Positions 31,164-43,430 of a stretch of 64,000 nucleotides of DNA are shown here, in pieces; the first letter of the stretch is position 1; every line of letters begins with the position of its first letter. The position numbers and the translations under genes are program-made. The DNA is from Lama guanicoe (lineage: Eukaryota): assembly GCA_013239625.1 (NCBI GenBank), contig MU054204.1, positions 991,537 to 1,055,536 on the forward strand. The letters are read 5' to 3'. The notes below the pieces were generated by a model. That model was not told the DNA's origin, did not search any database, and was given only the letters and a program-made list of their open reading frames with translations.

Positions 31164-31955
31164 AAGGTTGACTCTTCTAGATGGTAGTTCACAGCCACTC
31201 TTGTTGAGTTGAGGCCTTTCTAACTATGAAGGAGGATCTCCCCACCCACACTGGAAACCATCCAATTAAGATATTTTGCTGCTAAGGCAAGGGGGATACT
31301 TTCAACCAAGAAATGGCCTGATAAATGGCAAACTTCACAGAACTGGATGGACAGTCACATATATCTCATATCCCCAGATCTGTGGACATTGTTGAGAGAA
31401 TGAATCAGATCTAAAGTTGAGCTGCCGAGGAGATGTAATGTTTTAGGGCTTAATTGGGCTAAAGACCTTCCTTTTAGGTTGATGAGCCTGAGGAAGTAAA
31501 AACAATACATATTAAGGCCTGACTGACTACCTTGTGTGATGTCTTGATATACTGACAGTCCAAGGGTGGGAGTCAGAGGCAAAACAGTTTGGCAAAGAGT
31601 TACAAAAGTTAGTCCAGGGTTTTACACTTTAAATCAATGAGCTGTATGATAGAATCTAAGGTCCAAGCCAGGGCTCTACTCAAGCCAAAGAGAAGTCCCT
31701 AAAATGATTGAGAATTGGTCATGGTACATTTCCAGGTACCATTCCTGTTCCCAAACTTGAGTGAGGGGTGGAAGATGGGGGATCCTTTCTTGGTAATGTG
31801 GAAGCTCATATTGGATGTGTTCAAATGGAATGAAAAGATCAACCATCTCTGGTTTGTCCATGCACTGCAATTTAAGAGCTCAGGCAGAAGCCCTCAACCT
31901 TTCCCCAGGGGTCAAAACCAGAGACAAATGCAAGACTTGCTCCTAGAATGCCACC

Positions 31956-34440
31956 TGTAGTGGCCATAAAAATGTCCCACTGAGATCTTCTGCTGCAGGA
32001 AATATAGTTGACTAAGTAGCCCCAGCTTCCACCTAACTTTGTCCACCACCAAGTTTGCACCAAGACTGTGCTTCTCCTAGGCTGCCAATAGCGCTGACTG
32101 AGCATGGTGCAAACACTAGTGCTGGCCATTTCTCGTGGGAAACAATGTTTCTCTAACCCATCAAATGGGCTCAGACTTCTTTGAACTGTGCTACAGACTG
32201 GAACTCTCTCTAGCCAATCCTTTTCCCATCTCCCTCACCTTCCACAGGGGTCAGACTTAGATTGTAATCTGAAAGCTCTCCCTGTCTACTTCTGCTTCTT
32301 TCTCTGTATCACTCATAAGCATGTCTCCCGAGTTTCTTGCACATTTAATCCCATCTTGACATCTGCTTCTTGGAGGTTCTGAATATACATACATTGTATT
32401 GTTGATGGGATCCAAGAAAGTAGATGGTCAGATGGGTTTTGGGGAACTGGATCACTCACCACCTACTGGGCAAAGAGAATGCCATCCTGAGTTGTAGATG
32501 GGAACAGATATTCCTTTCCACAAGGTGGTAATGCAAATGCTGATGGTTTCAACAGTAGTGACCTGGGAAGATGTCCAGTGGAAGGGAACAGTCTTGCAGG
32601 TACAATGATTCTAGCATTTGAAAGAAAGGTCAGCAAAGTTGGCTGGTTATTACTAATTTGTATTGATGCTCCATAAAGGGATAATGAGATAGAGGGCTGT
32701 TAACAAGCAATTAATGGCTAAGTGTAAGAGCCAGAGGATCTTGTTGATAGCTTATAAAGACACCCTTTTCTCCTTTAGTAGAAGAGCATGTAATAGGGAA
32801 GGACAAATCTGACTCCACTTTGGATCTGTTTCTTTTACTTTAACCTTTGTATTCTATAGCTTTTGCTACAAATTAATCCCTAAAGGGATGTTACCTATAC
32901 ATAATACTCATCCCTCAAACCCTGCCACCCCTGCCAGAGTGTTAAACTAGAATACCTTTGTTTAAATTCACAGGAAACATCCTGACCACACCCACCTGTG
33001 AATGGTTGCAGGAAAGAAGAAATTAACACCTCCCCTCCAGAATCTGGCTGGAACCAGGAAAAATTTGCAACAATTGCATCTCCTTTTTTACTTTACCTCC
33101 TCACCTCCCCCTCTTTGTTCTACAAAAAAAAAAGCTAGCATTCAAACCCCCACAAGATGGTTCTTTGAGACAATAGGCCACCATCTTATAGGTCTGCTGG
33201 CTTTCCGAATAAAGACACTATTCCTTGCCCCAATAACTTGTCTCTCAATTTATTGGCTTGTCGTGTGGTGAGCAGTGTGAGCTTGGACTTGGTAACAAGC
33301 AGATACATCAGAGGAGTAGATTCAGGACTTGATAGTAAGAGCCTCAAGATGATTAAATGCTTAACCCAGGCAAGTCTATCATGCTGAAGTCAGAGCCTGG
33401 TTGGAGAAACCTGGGGCTTGAAAAATAGGATGGAAATATCTGGATGGAGATGCCTAAGATGTTGGCTCCTAAGATGTAGATTTCCCTAAATTCTCAGAAA
33501 CTCCAGAAGTAGCCCACTCTTCCCTGGAAAGAGCTAGCGCGTCTCTCATGCTGGAAGATGTCAGCAAGGCCTCACCTCACCAAAAAAAAAAAACAAAGTT
33601 TCCCTTTCAGAAGCTGCCTCAATCTTTTCTCCTGGTTTCTGGGCTAATAACCTGGGTTAAATCCCAGCATAACCCAACTGGGCCTCATAAGGAAGGAAAT
33701 AGATTGTATACTGAAGGAGCTGCAAGAATTAACTAACTCAGATTGGCATGAGCCTGGTGAGTACCCCTGAGATTAGATTTTGAGGTGCTTGATCAAGGTA
33801 GCTAGAATATAACATTGAAAATGCAAGAATTTATCAATGGGAGGATACTTTCTTGGGAGAGAGATTTAACAACCTGGCAAGCACCCCAGGGGTGGGGAAA
33901 ACTCACTGCTATGATGGCTTTTAGAAGCCTGATGTAGGCAAAGACCCATGCTGAATGAAGTGAAAATGCCTGTGTTGTCTGGAGGATGGTAGAGGTAGGA
34001 ATAAAGAGGCTGAAGGAATTGGACGTGTTGGAATGGATATACCATGTGAAGTCAGAAATACTACCAGAAGATTATGTTCCATGAGGGGCCAAGAAGACTC
34101 ACTATTCATCAAAGCCATCAGGAATGTACTGGTGAGGGGGCACCAGCATCACTAAGAAGCTCAGTGGTGGCTCTCACTTGCTGGTTATGGCTGAGGGTAG
34201 GAGAGGTGGTCACGGCTTATTAACATCCATGGGAATCACGGAGCCTTGAAGTAATAGAGCCGGGTGGCAACAATTAACTGTCAGAAGCCAGGAGGCTGCA
34301 GCCACCAAAACAACTGACAAAAAGTTAGAAGAGGAGCCAAGGGACTTGTGATGTAGGGCATTGTGGAGACAGTTAATAGAATATGGCATGCTTAGGAGGC
34401 AAAATAGACAGGTAGCCAACAAAGGCGCGACATAGTGTCT
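31956..34440 (+). mobile_element. ERVL-class relic: LTR (~31956-32390, LTR16-like) plus decayed gag, interrupted by younger solo LTRs
   Basis: tgtagtggcc start; ~33900-34050 translates with frameshifts to WLLEA...RPMLNEVKMP...GIKRLKELDVLEWIYH, resembling ERVL gag. Confidence 0.7.
32789..33297 (+). mobile_element. Solo LTR, ERV1-like (4-bp TSD)
   Basis: TG...CA termini (tgtaatagggaagg...ggtaaca), internal aataaa, TSD agca/agca. Confidence 0.9.
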
Positions 34441-34445
34441 ACAAT

Positions 34446-34950
34446 TATAAGGAAGAACAAATCTGACTCCATATTAGATCTGTTCCTTCGATTCTAACCC
34501 TGTGCTCTGTTTCCTGTGCTTAGTTATGCTGGTTCTGCACCTTTTGTAAAAGAATGTTGCCTGTAGCCTGAAATATACAGGACAGCCATTCTCAAGGTAC
34601 TGACCTTTAAGGGTACAACACTTTTCCTTTCATATAAAGATAAAAAGTTGCAGGATAGAAAATAACATTTGTCTTGTTGGAGGTTTACAGGGACACCATG
34701 ACCTGACCCACATGGACAGCTGCAAGAACAAAGATTTTGACACCAGGAACCAATACCCGACACTCCTTCTCCTTTTTAGTATAAAAGGAGCCTGAATTCT
34801 GACTTGGAGAAGACAGTTGTCCAGGCATTAGTCTGCCATGTTCTTGGTCTGCTGGCTTTCCGAATAAAATCACTATTCCTTGACCCAACACCTTGTCCCA
34901 ATTTATTGGGTTGTCGTGCTGCAAGCAGAGCGAGTTTGTACTCAGTAACA
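34446..34950 (+). mobile_element. Solo LTR, related family
   Basis: tataaggaagaacaaatctgactcc...agtaaca; tataaaa and aataaa boxes; TSD caat/caac; closely similar to 53503-54162. Confidence 0.9.
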
Positions 34951-35686
34951 CAACTAGATAAAGCCAAGAATGGAGGAGGAGGCTGAGGGTGTCTTCCCCA
35001 ATAAAAAGTGTGGCTATAAAGGGATAGCATGAGGGAGATCTTTGTGGTGACAGAACACTTCCGTATCTTGATTGTGATGTATGTACACACATACACACAT
35101 GTCATAAAATGCCATTGAGTGATCCACAAACATACAAAATAAACAAGTGCATGCAAAAACTGGTAAAATATGAGTTAAGATCTAGTCTAGTTAATTGTGT
35201 TGTGTCAGTTGCTTTCCTGGTTTTAACAGTGCACTTTAAGTTATGTGAGATGTTAACCACTGGTGGAAGCTGGGTGATGGGTACAGGAGACCTCCCTGTA
35301 CTCTTTTTGCAACTTCTTGTGAGTCTATAATCATTTCAAAAGTTTAAAAACATGAAAGAGCTTTGGAGTAAAGTTCAACTCTGAGAGCAATGGCTTCCCT
35401 CAGGCTAGAAATGATGATCTCTGTAGCTGCAGTTTGTTATGAAGCAATAGATACCTGCAGCATGGAGAAATTATTGCAATTTCGCATTTTCAGGCAGGGC
35501 AACAACAAAGTGTATTTTGAGTCCAAAGCAAGGAAGATACCTACAAGTAGCTGAAACTCTGTGGTGTTTCCCTGCTGAGGTATGTTCAACAAGATTGCTT
35601 TTCATAAATCAAGCAAGTTAAGTCCATGTCCAAACTTGTAACTTGGAAGAAAATCCCCTGGACATTTCTTTTAAGAAAAGCTGCCT

Positions 35687-35792
35687 GGGGTGTATGGGTA
35701 TAGTTCAATGGAAGAGCACATACTTAGCACGTATTGAGTCCTGGATTCAATCCCCAGTACCTCCATTTAAAAAAAGAAAGGAAGAAAGGAAG
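35687..35792 (+). mobile_element. Vic-1-like SINE
   Basis: Consensus match; TSD aagaaaagctgcc / aagaaatgctgcc. Confidence 0.85.
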
Positions 35793-36971
35793 AAAGAAAT
35801 GCTGCCATCACCAACAATCTTAATGGCACAGAGGACAATATCGTGTGGAAAAACATGGACAATTCCAACTTAGAGCTGAAAAGTGATTCAGAATAGTCAG
35901 GTTACAGATGTGAAGAAATTTTAGAAATACTTTAATCAATTTATATTGTTTATATTTTTAAAGCACTCATAAGAGTGAAATAGTAACAAATACTATGTTT
36001 ATATAAGACTAAAATAACTTTCACTAAGTAAAAATTAGAAATTAGAAGTGCAAAGAAAACATTATGACACAGTTTAATTGGCAACCTTTTTCCTTTCTTA
36101 ATGTTGTGACACATAAAATAATGATAAATCTTACACTTGATGGCATCTTATATTCGGTGAAATACGGTATCTGGGAACATCTCTTAACCAGACCTGGGTG
36201 AACATCTTTGCCCCCTACAGCCCAGCTTGAAACAAGTCATTCACCTCTGCCCTTTACACCTTCAGGATATTCATGCTTAGATCAGGAGGACCCACATATC
36301 AGCCACTCCTGGAATGAGGCAGCCCGCCCTAGACAAGCTTCACCCCAACATAACATAGCTCCCTTCCAGACCACAGTGCTGCCTTCTGCTCCCCACAATA
36401 TGAAGCACTTCTCCCCTTCAACCTGTTCTGATCCCTAGACCAGGGACCTCACCTTTTCTCCAATACCCTACCCAGTTGCTCCAGGCTTTGGCCTGTCCAC
36501 AGAAGACATTCACAAGAAAAGAATCTTAGAGTCACCTCAGAAGCCAGCAAAGGAGGGAAAGGCCAAGGTTGACCATCATCACCCATCTGCAGCAGCCATC
36601 TAGGAATGGAAGCAGGTGGGGTTTTTCCTTCCCATCACATCAGTGGGCTCTGTGACTGCCACAAGCTATGGACCAAGCTTCTGTTTCAATCCAGGAAGAG
36701 AATGCTCCTAAGGAGGGTAGGAGGCTCTGGCTCTGTTTAGAAACTGTTGGGGTCTCTCTTGGGCAAAGGCTATTTCATGATGTGAAGAGCAGACATAGGA
36801 GTTTTGGTTTGGCAAAGCTGTGACATGGTGTGAATGGCAAACGTGGGAGTCCTGAGAGCCCTGATCTTTGTGTGGACTTTTCTGTTTGTACGTGCCAAAG
36901 GAATGCCTCCTGGCTGGCTCAGTTGCCGAATTGCATGGGGGATTTCGTTTGAATAAGATACAGGGGAACTT

Positions 36972-37142
36972 TGTTTTGTTTTATTTATCATTATTATTAT
37001 TATTATTATTATTTATTTGGGGGAGATAATTCGATTTATTTATTTATTTTTAATGGAAGTACCAGGAATTGAACCCAAGACCTCGTGCATGCTAAACTCA
37101 TGCTCTACCACTGAGCTCTGCCCTCCCCTTATACCCTCCCCC
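36972..37142 (-). mobile_element. Vic-1-like SINE with (TTA)n tail
   Basis: Consensus match; TSD caggggaactt / caggagaactt. Confidence 0.85.
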
Positions 37143-37418
37143 CAGGAGAACTTGGGAAAGAAGACATTTTAGGGTCTGGCATTGTACAAATGGGGCAAGA
37201 TTATGAAATTTTAAACTGGCTTGCAATGAAATGTTTACAATCAATAACTAGGATCTTTCAATAAATTTGAATGGTTTTGGGTTTGGTTTGCAGTGATTTT
37301 ATGAATCTAGTAGATTTGTTTTAGGTTTTTGCAGAGGTCTTTCCTTTTTGTGGCTCTTTTGATATTTTTATTTTTTATTTCAATGTCATTTAAAGGTAAT
37401 TTTATTCTGTTTGGTTTT

Positions 37419-40400
37419 TTTACATTTTTTATTGAGTTATAGTCATTTTACAATGTTGTGTCAATTTCCAGTGTAGAGCACAATTTTTCAGTTATACATG
37501 AACATACATATATTCATTGTCACAATTTTTTTGCTGTGAGCTACCACAACACCTTGTATGTATTTCCCCTGTGCTATACAGTATAATCTTGTTATCTATT
37601 CTACATATGCCTATCAGTATTTATAAATTTTTAACTCCCAGTCTATCCCTTCCCACCTCCCACCCTCTTGGCAACCACAGGTTTGTAGTCTATGTCTATG
37701 AGTCTGTTTCTGTTTTGTATTTATGTTCTTCTTCTTTTTTTTTTTAGATTCCACATATGAGCGATCTCATATGGTTTTTTTATTTCCCTTTCTGGCTTAC
37801 TTCACTCAGAATGACATTCTCCAGGGACATCCATGTTGCTGCAAATGGCATTATGTTCTCATTTTTATGGCTGAATAGTATTCCATTGTATAAATATACC
37901 ACTTCTTCTTTATCCAGTCATCTGTTGATGGACATTTAGGCTGTTTCCATGTCTTGGCTATTGTAAATAGTGCTACTGTAAATATTGGGGTGCAGGTGTT
38001 TTGAAGTAGGGTTCCTTCTGGATATATGCCCAGGAGTGGGATTCCTGGGTCATATGGTAAGTCTATTTCTAGTCTTTTGAGGAATCTCCATACTGTTTTC
38101 AACAGTGACTGCACCAAACTGTACTTCCACCAGCAGTGTAGGAGGGTTGCCTTTTCTCTGCAGCCACTCCAGCATTTGTCATTTGTGGATTTTTGAATGA
38201 TGGCCATTATGACTGGTGTGAGGTGATACCTCACTGTAGTTTTGATTTGCATTTCTTGGATAATTAGTGATATTGAACATTTTTTTCATGTGCCTATTGA
38301 TCTTTTGTATTCCTAGGAAAACATTTTTGAGATATGTGAGATAATATTTTGCCTAGGTTTTCTTCTAGGAGGTTTTTTTTTTAGTTTATTTTTGTGTATG
38401 GTGTAAGGGAGTGTTCTAGCTTCATTGCTTTACATGCTGCTGTCTAGTTTTCCCAACACCATTTCCTGAAGAGACTACCTTTATTCCATTGTATATTCTT
38501 GCCTCCTTTATCAAAGATTAGTTGACCAGAAGTTTGTGGGTTCATTTCTGGGCTCTCTATTCTGTTCCATTGGTCCATATGTCTGCTTTTGTACCAATAC
38601 CATGCTGTCTTGATGACTGTAGCTCTATAGTATTGTCTGAAGTCTGGGAGAGTTATTCCTCCAGCCTCTTTCTCTTCAGTAATGCTTTGGCAATTCTGGG
38701 TCTTTGATGGTTCCATATAAATTTTATTATGATTTGTTCTAGTTCTGTGAAATATATCCTGGGTAATTTGATAGGGATTGCATTAAATCTGTAGATTGCT
38801 TGGGCAGTATGACCATTTTAACAATATTGATTCTTCCAATCCAGGGGCATGGGATATCTTTCCATTTTTTTAAGTCTTCTTTAATTTCCTTCATCAGCAT
38901 TTTATAGTTCTCCATGTGTAAGTCTTTCACCTCCTTAGCTTTACATGCTGCTGTCTAGTTTTCCCAACACCATTTCCTGAAGAGACTACCTTTATTCCAT
39001 TGTATATTCTTGCCTCCTTTATCAAAGATTAGTTGACCAGAAGTTTGTGGGTTCATTTCTGGGCTCTCTATTCTGTTCCATTGGTCCATATGTCTGCTTT
39101 TGTACCAATACCATGCTGTCTTGATGACTGTAGCTCTATAGTATTGTCTGAAGTCTGGGAGAGTTATTCCTCCAGCCTCTTTCTCTTCAGTAATGCTTTG
39201 GCAATTCTGGGTCTTTGATGGTTCCATATAAATTTTATTATGATTTGTTCTAGTTCTGTGAAATATATCCTGGGTAATTTGATAGGGATTGCATTAAATC
39301 TGTAGATTGCCTTGGGCAGTGTGACCATTTTAACAATATTGATTCTTCCAATCCAGGGGCATGGGATATCTTTCCATTTTTTTAAGTCTTCTTTAATTTC
39401 CTTCATCAGCATTTTATAGTTCTCCATGTGTAAGTCTTTCACCTCCTTGGTTAGATTTATTCCCAGGTATTTTATTGCTTTTGGTGCTATTTTAAAGGGG
39501 ATTTTTTTTTTTTACTTTCTTTTCCTGTTGATTCATCGTTAATGAAAAGAAATGCACCTGAATTTTGTACATTAATCTTGTAACCTGCTACCTTACTGAA
39601 TTCTTTGATTAGTTCTAGTAGTTTTTGTGTGGACCTTTTAGGGTTTTCTATATATAGTATCATGTCATCTGCATATAGTGAGATTTTTACCTCTTCTTTT
39701 CCAATTTGGATCCCTTTTATTTCTCTCTCTTGCCTGGTTGCTGTGGCTAGGACTTCCAAGACTATGTTGAATAGGAATGGTGAGAGTGGGAAGCCTTGTT
39801 TTGTCCCAGATTTTAGTGGGAAGCTTTTGAGTTTTTCACCGTTGAGTACTATGCTGGCTGTAGGTTTGTCATATATAGCTTTATTATGTTGAGAGATGTT
39901 CCCTCTATACACACTTTGGTGAGAGTTTTTATCATAAATGGGTGTTGAATTTTATCAAATGCCTTTTCTGCATCTATTGAGGTGCTCATGTGGGGTTTTT
40001 TCCTTTCTCTTATTAATGTGATGTATTACATTGATTGATTTGCGTATGTTGAACCACCCTTGTGTCCCTGGGATGAACCCCACTTGATCATGATGTATAA
40101 TCTTTTTTATGTGTTGTTGGATTCTATTTGCTCATATTTTCGTGAGGATTTTGGAGTCTATGTTCATCAGTGATATTGGCCGATAATTCTCTTTTTTGGT
40201 AGTGTCTTTGCCTGCGTGATACAGGGTGATGGTGGCTTCATAGAATGAGTTTGGGAGTATTCCCTCCTTTTCAATCATCTGGAAGAGTTTGAGAAGGACT
40301 GGTATGAGTTCTTTGTATGTTTAGTAGAATTCCCTGGTGAAGCCATCCGGTCCTGGACTTTAATTTGTAGGGAGGTTTTTTATTGCAAATTCGATTTCAT

Positions 40401-40469
40401 TTCTAGTGATCATTTTGTTCAAGTGGTCAGTTTCTTCTTGATTCAGTCTTGTTGGACTGTATGTTTCCA
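37419..40469 (-). mobile_element. 5'-truncated L1 (~3 kb, ORF2 RT to 3' end) containing an internal 511-bp tandem duplication
   Basis: RT motif [17 protein letters not shown] tattctgtttggtttt at 37403-37418 and 40470-40485. Confidence 0.93.
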
Positions 40470-40919
40470 TATTCTGTTTGGTTTTCAAAGTTTTCATAAT
40501 GCTTTTAAGTTTTCAAATTGGCTGAAAACAAATATCTCCCAACAGCAGTTTATAAGACTTTTGTAACTGTTGACTGTGTCCATTTTTGAACTATTTTATG
40601 TTACTATTCTGGCATCAAAACACTTTTTCGCTTGTGAATTCTTAAAAATTCGTTTAAAATTGAAACAATGATTTTGTGTTGTATGTTTCTTGCATATTCA
40701 GTAAGCTTCCCATTAGCACAATTTTTATCAGTCTCTGATATTATTTTGATACCATATGCTGTTCTATCAGAATTGAGAATGTGAGCATTCCTGGACTTTT
40801 CATTTAGTCGTTTGATGAATGTTTAAACCCTGTATGACATTTTCTAAGCTTTTAAAAAATTATATATCTGCATGTATTTTAGAATCTGGGGGGTGATTTA
40901 TCTTCCTTTTAATTTTTCT

Positions 40920-41990
40920 TTTAATTTTTAAATTGAGATATAACTGACATGTAACACTGTGTAAGTTAAAGGTGTTCACTGTGTTGATTTCATACCTTTA
41001 TATATTGCAATATGATTATCATCAGATAACTAACACCTCCATCACCTCACATACTTATCATTTCTTTTTTTGTGGTGGGAGCAATTAAGATCTAGTCTCT
41101 GAGCAATTTTGATGACCATAATACAATATTGTTGTCTATATTCACCATACTCTGCATTAGATCTCCAGGACTTATTTGTCAACCAGTTGCAAGTGTGTAC
41201 CCTTAAACAACATCTCTCCTTTTTATCCACCCCCTAGACCCTGGTAACCACCATGCTATTCTTTGCTTTCATGAGTTCATCTTTTTTAGATTACATATAT
41301 AAGTGATATCATACAGTGTTTATCTTTCTCTGGCTTATCTCACTTAGCAAAAATGTCCTCAAAATTCATCCATGGTGTTGCAAGTGACAGAATTTCCTTC
41401 TTTCTCGTGGCTGAATAATATTCCATCAGAGATACATATCACATCTTCTTTATCCATTAATCCATTGGTGGACACTTTGATTGTTTCCATATCTTGGCTA
41501 TTGGGAATAATGCTGCAATAAGCATGGACATGGAAATATCTTTGGATATATGCTCAGAAGTGGAATTGCCGGATCATAGGTAGTTCTATTTTTAATTTTT
41601 GAGGAACCTCCATACTGTCCTCCATAGTGGCTGCACCAATTTACATTCCCACTAACAATGTATGAGGGTTCCCTTTTCTGTACATCTTCACCAACATTTG
41701 TAATTTGTGGACTTTTTAATGATGACCATTCTAACAGGTGTGAGGTTGCTGTTTTGATTTGCATTTCCCTGATAATTAGTGATGTTGAGCATCTTTTCAT
41801 GTACCTGTTAGTCATTTGGATGTCTTTTTTGGAAAAATTCTTGTTTGGTTTTTCTGCCCATTTATTAATCCAGTTGGGAATTTTGTTATTGAGTTGTGTG
41901 AGTTCTTCATATATTTCAGATATTAACTCCTTATCTCTGATTTGTAAATATTTTCTCCCGTTCTGTAGGTTGCAATTTTTAATTTTTCAA
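40920..41990 (-). mobile_element. L1MA-like 3' fragment
   Basis: [17 protein letters not shown]...YDPAIPLL followed by L1 3' UTR. Confidence 0.85.
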
Positions 41991-43189
41991 TCTAATTAAT
42001 TTAAGGCAGTTATTCCTGCTCTGTTTGACAGTGTTTTCATGAAATTTTCAGTTGCAAATTAGTTTCAAATGCATGTCTCCAATCACCAGTTAACAATTCT
42101 GGGAACTTTTATGTATCTTATTTAGATGCTACAAAAGCAGGAGTTGAACTATTCATATCACACAGATTATATAGCACACTTTTATCATCGCTCAATACAG
42201 GCTATTATCTTTTTAAATTTTATTATTTTTTCTAATTTACCCCCAAATCCCTACTCTCATTCCCCTCACTTTACCACAGACACTCTATTTTTGAAATATA
42301 TCCTGGATGTGTTTATATCTTTAAAAAATATGCAGTGTGGCTTGATGTCACAACTTTTTAATGCATTTTTCTCAAAAATCTTTTTTTTTATAATTTTAGG
42401 GTTTTTCTCCCCCCCAGACGGTAATATTCACTTTTTCTAAATCTGGCTTTGTTATATTTTTGATTGCCTGTATCATTTACGTCAGTACAGGCTTTACTCA
42501 ACATAATGTTTCTAGCCCAATGATATTAAATTGCTACTATTTGTTCTGCTCTCAGAGTTGAAGCTTTTATCTAATTGGGCTTGTTTCATATCATGAAAGG
42601 CCGCTCTCAGAGTGACAGGGGCAGGGATGAGGGATTTTTTTCTGGGCAGGGAATGGCTGTAGTGAGCTCTGTAGATTGGCTTACTGACTGTCTCTTCTAA
42701 TCTCTCTCTAGTGTGCCTTCCTTTACGACACAAAATGGAGCTAAAAGCTCTATTTTCTTCCTTTTTTGAAACAAGGAAATGGATGTCATTTAGGTTCTGC
42801 TCATCAAATATACTCCTGTGAGAATTATCTTTGAAAATTTAGTCAAGTGGAGAGAGAGGGGGCAATCTGAGAGGCCTCCATTCTGCTGCTGTGAATCTAG
42901 AAGGCACAGGTGGCTCTGGAACATCAGATGTGATGGCAGCTTCCTGATCTCAGGATTGTGGCTAAGACAGTGTGATCCTAAACCCCGCTGTCAGGAAAGA
43001 AACTTTCAGATTCCCCAGCTTCCTGACTAGGGCAGAGGTAGCCATGTTCTTAGTGGGACAGTTCATTTTGTTGTTCTAATAATCATTCCTGGGAGCCGAG
43101 CCTACAGGTTGCTCCTTCAACCCTCCCGATGATTTTGTAAGCACCTTATTCCCTCTGTTAAATCCACATCCTGTTAAAGTAACTAGAGT

Positions 43190-43430
43190 GGGGATAAAGT
43201 GGGAAATCGAGATTTGCAGATACTAACTACTATATATAAAATAGATAAAGAACAAGTTTATACTGTATAGCACAGGGAACTATATTCAATATCTTGTAGT
43301 AACCTATAATGAAAAAGAATATGAAAAGGAATATATGTGTGTGTATATGTATGACTGAAACTTTATGCTGTGTACCAGTAATTGACACAACATTGTAAAC
43401 TGACTATACTTCAGAAATATTTAAAAAGAG
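43190..43430 (+). mobile_element. L1 3' end fragment
   Basis: actgtatagcacagggaactatattcaatatcttgta...acacaacattgtaaactgactatacttca. Confidence 0.8.

Larger units (their letters stand above)
29500..31950 (+). mobile_element. Highly decayed Gypsy/ERV-like internal region (protease, RNase H and integrase remnants)
   Basis: Collinear + strand motifs: FLSDLEA (29553), ISDSQ*VVG (30003), VEAFLT (31208), VERMNQ (31391), WAKDLP..LMSLR (31455), and GPY/F-like module LSEGWKMGDPFLV...VHALQFK (~31715-31877). Confidence 0.65.

Noticed and set aside
34524..35156. ORFs shared with 53827-54297
   Set aside because: Shared because both regions are copies of the same LTR family.
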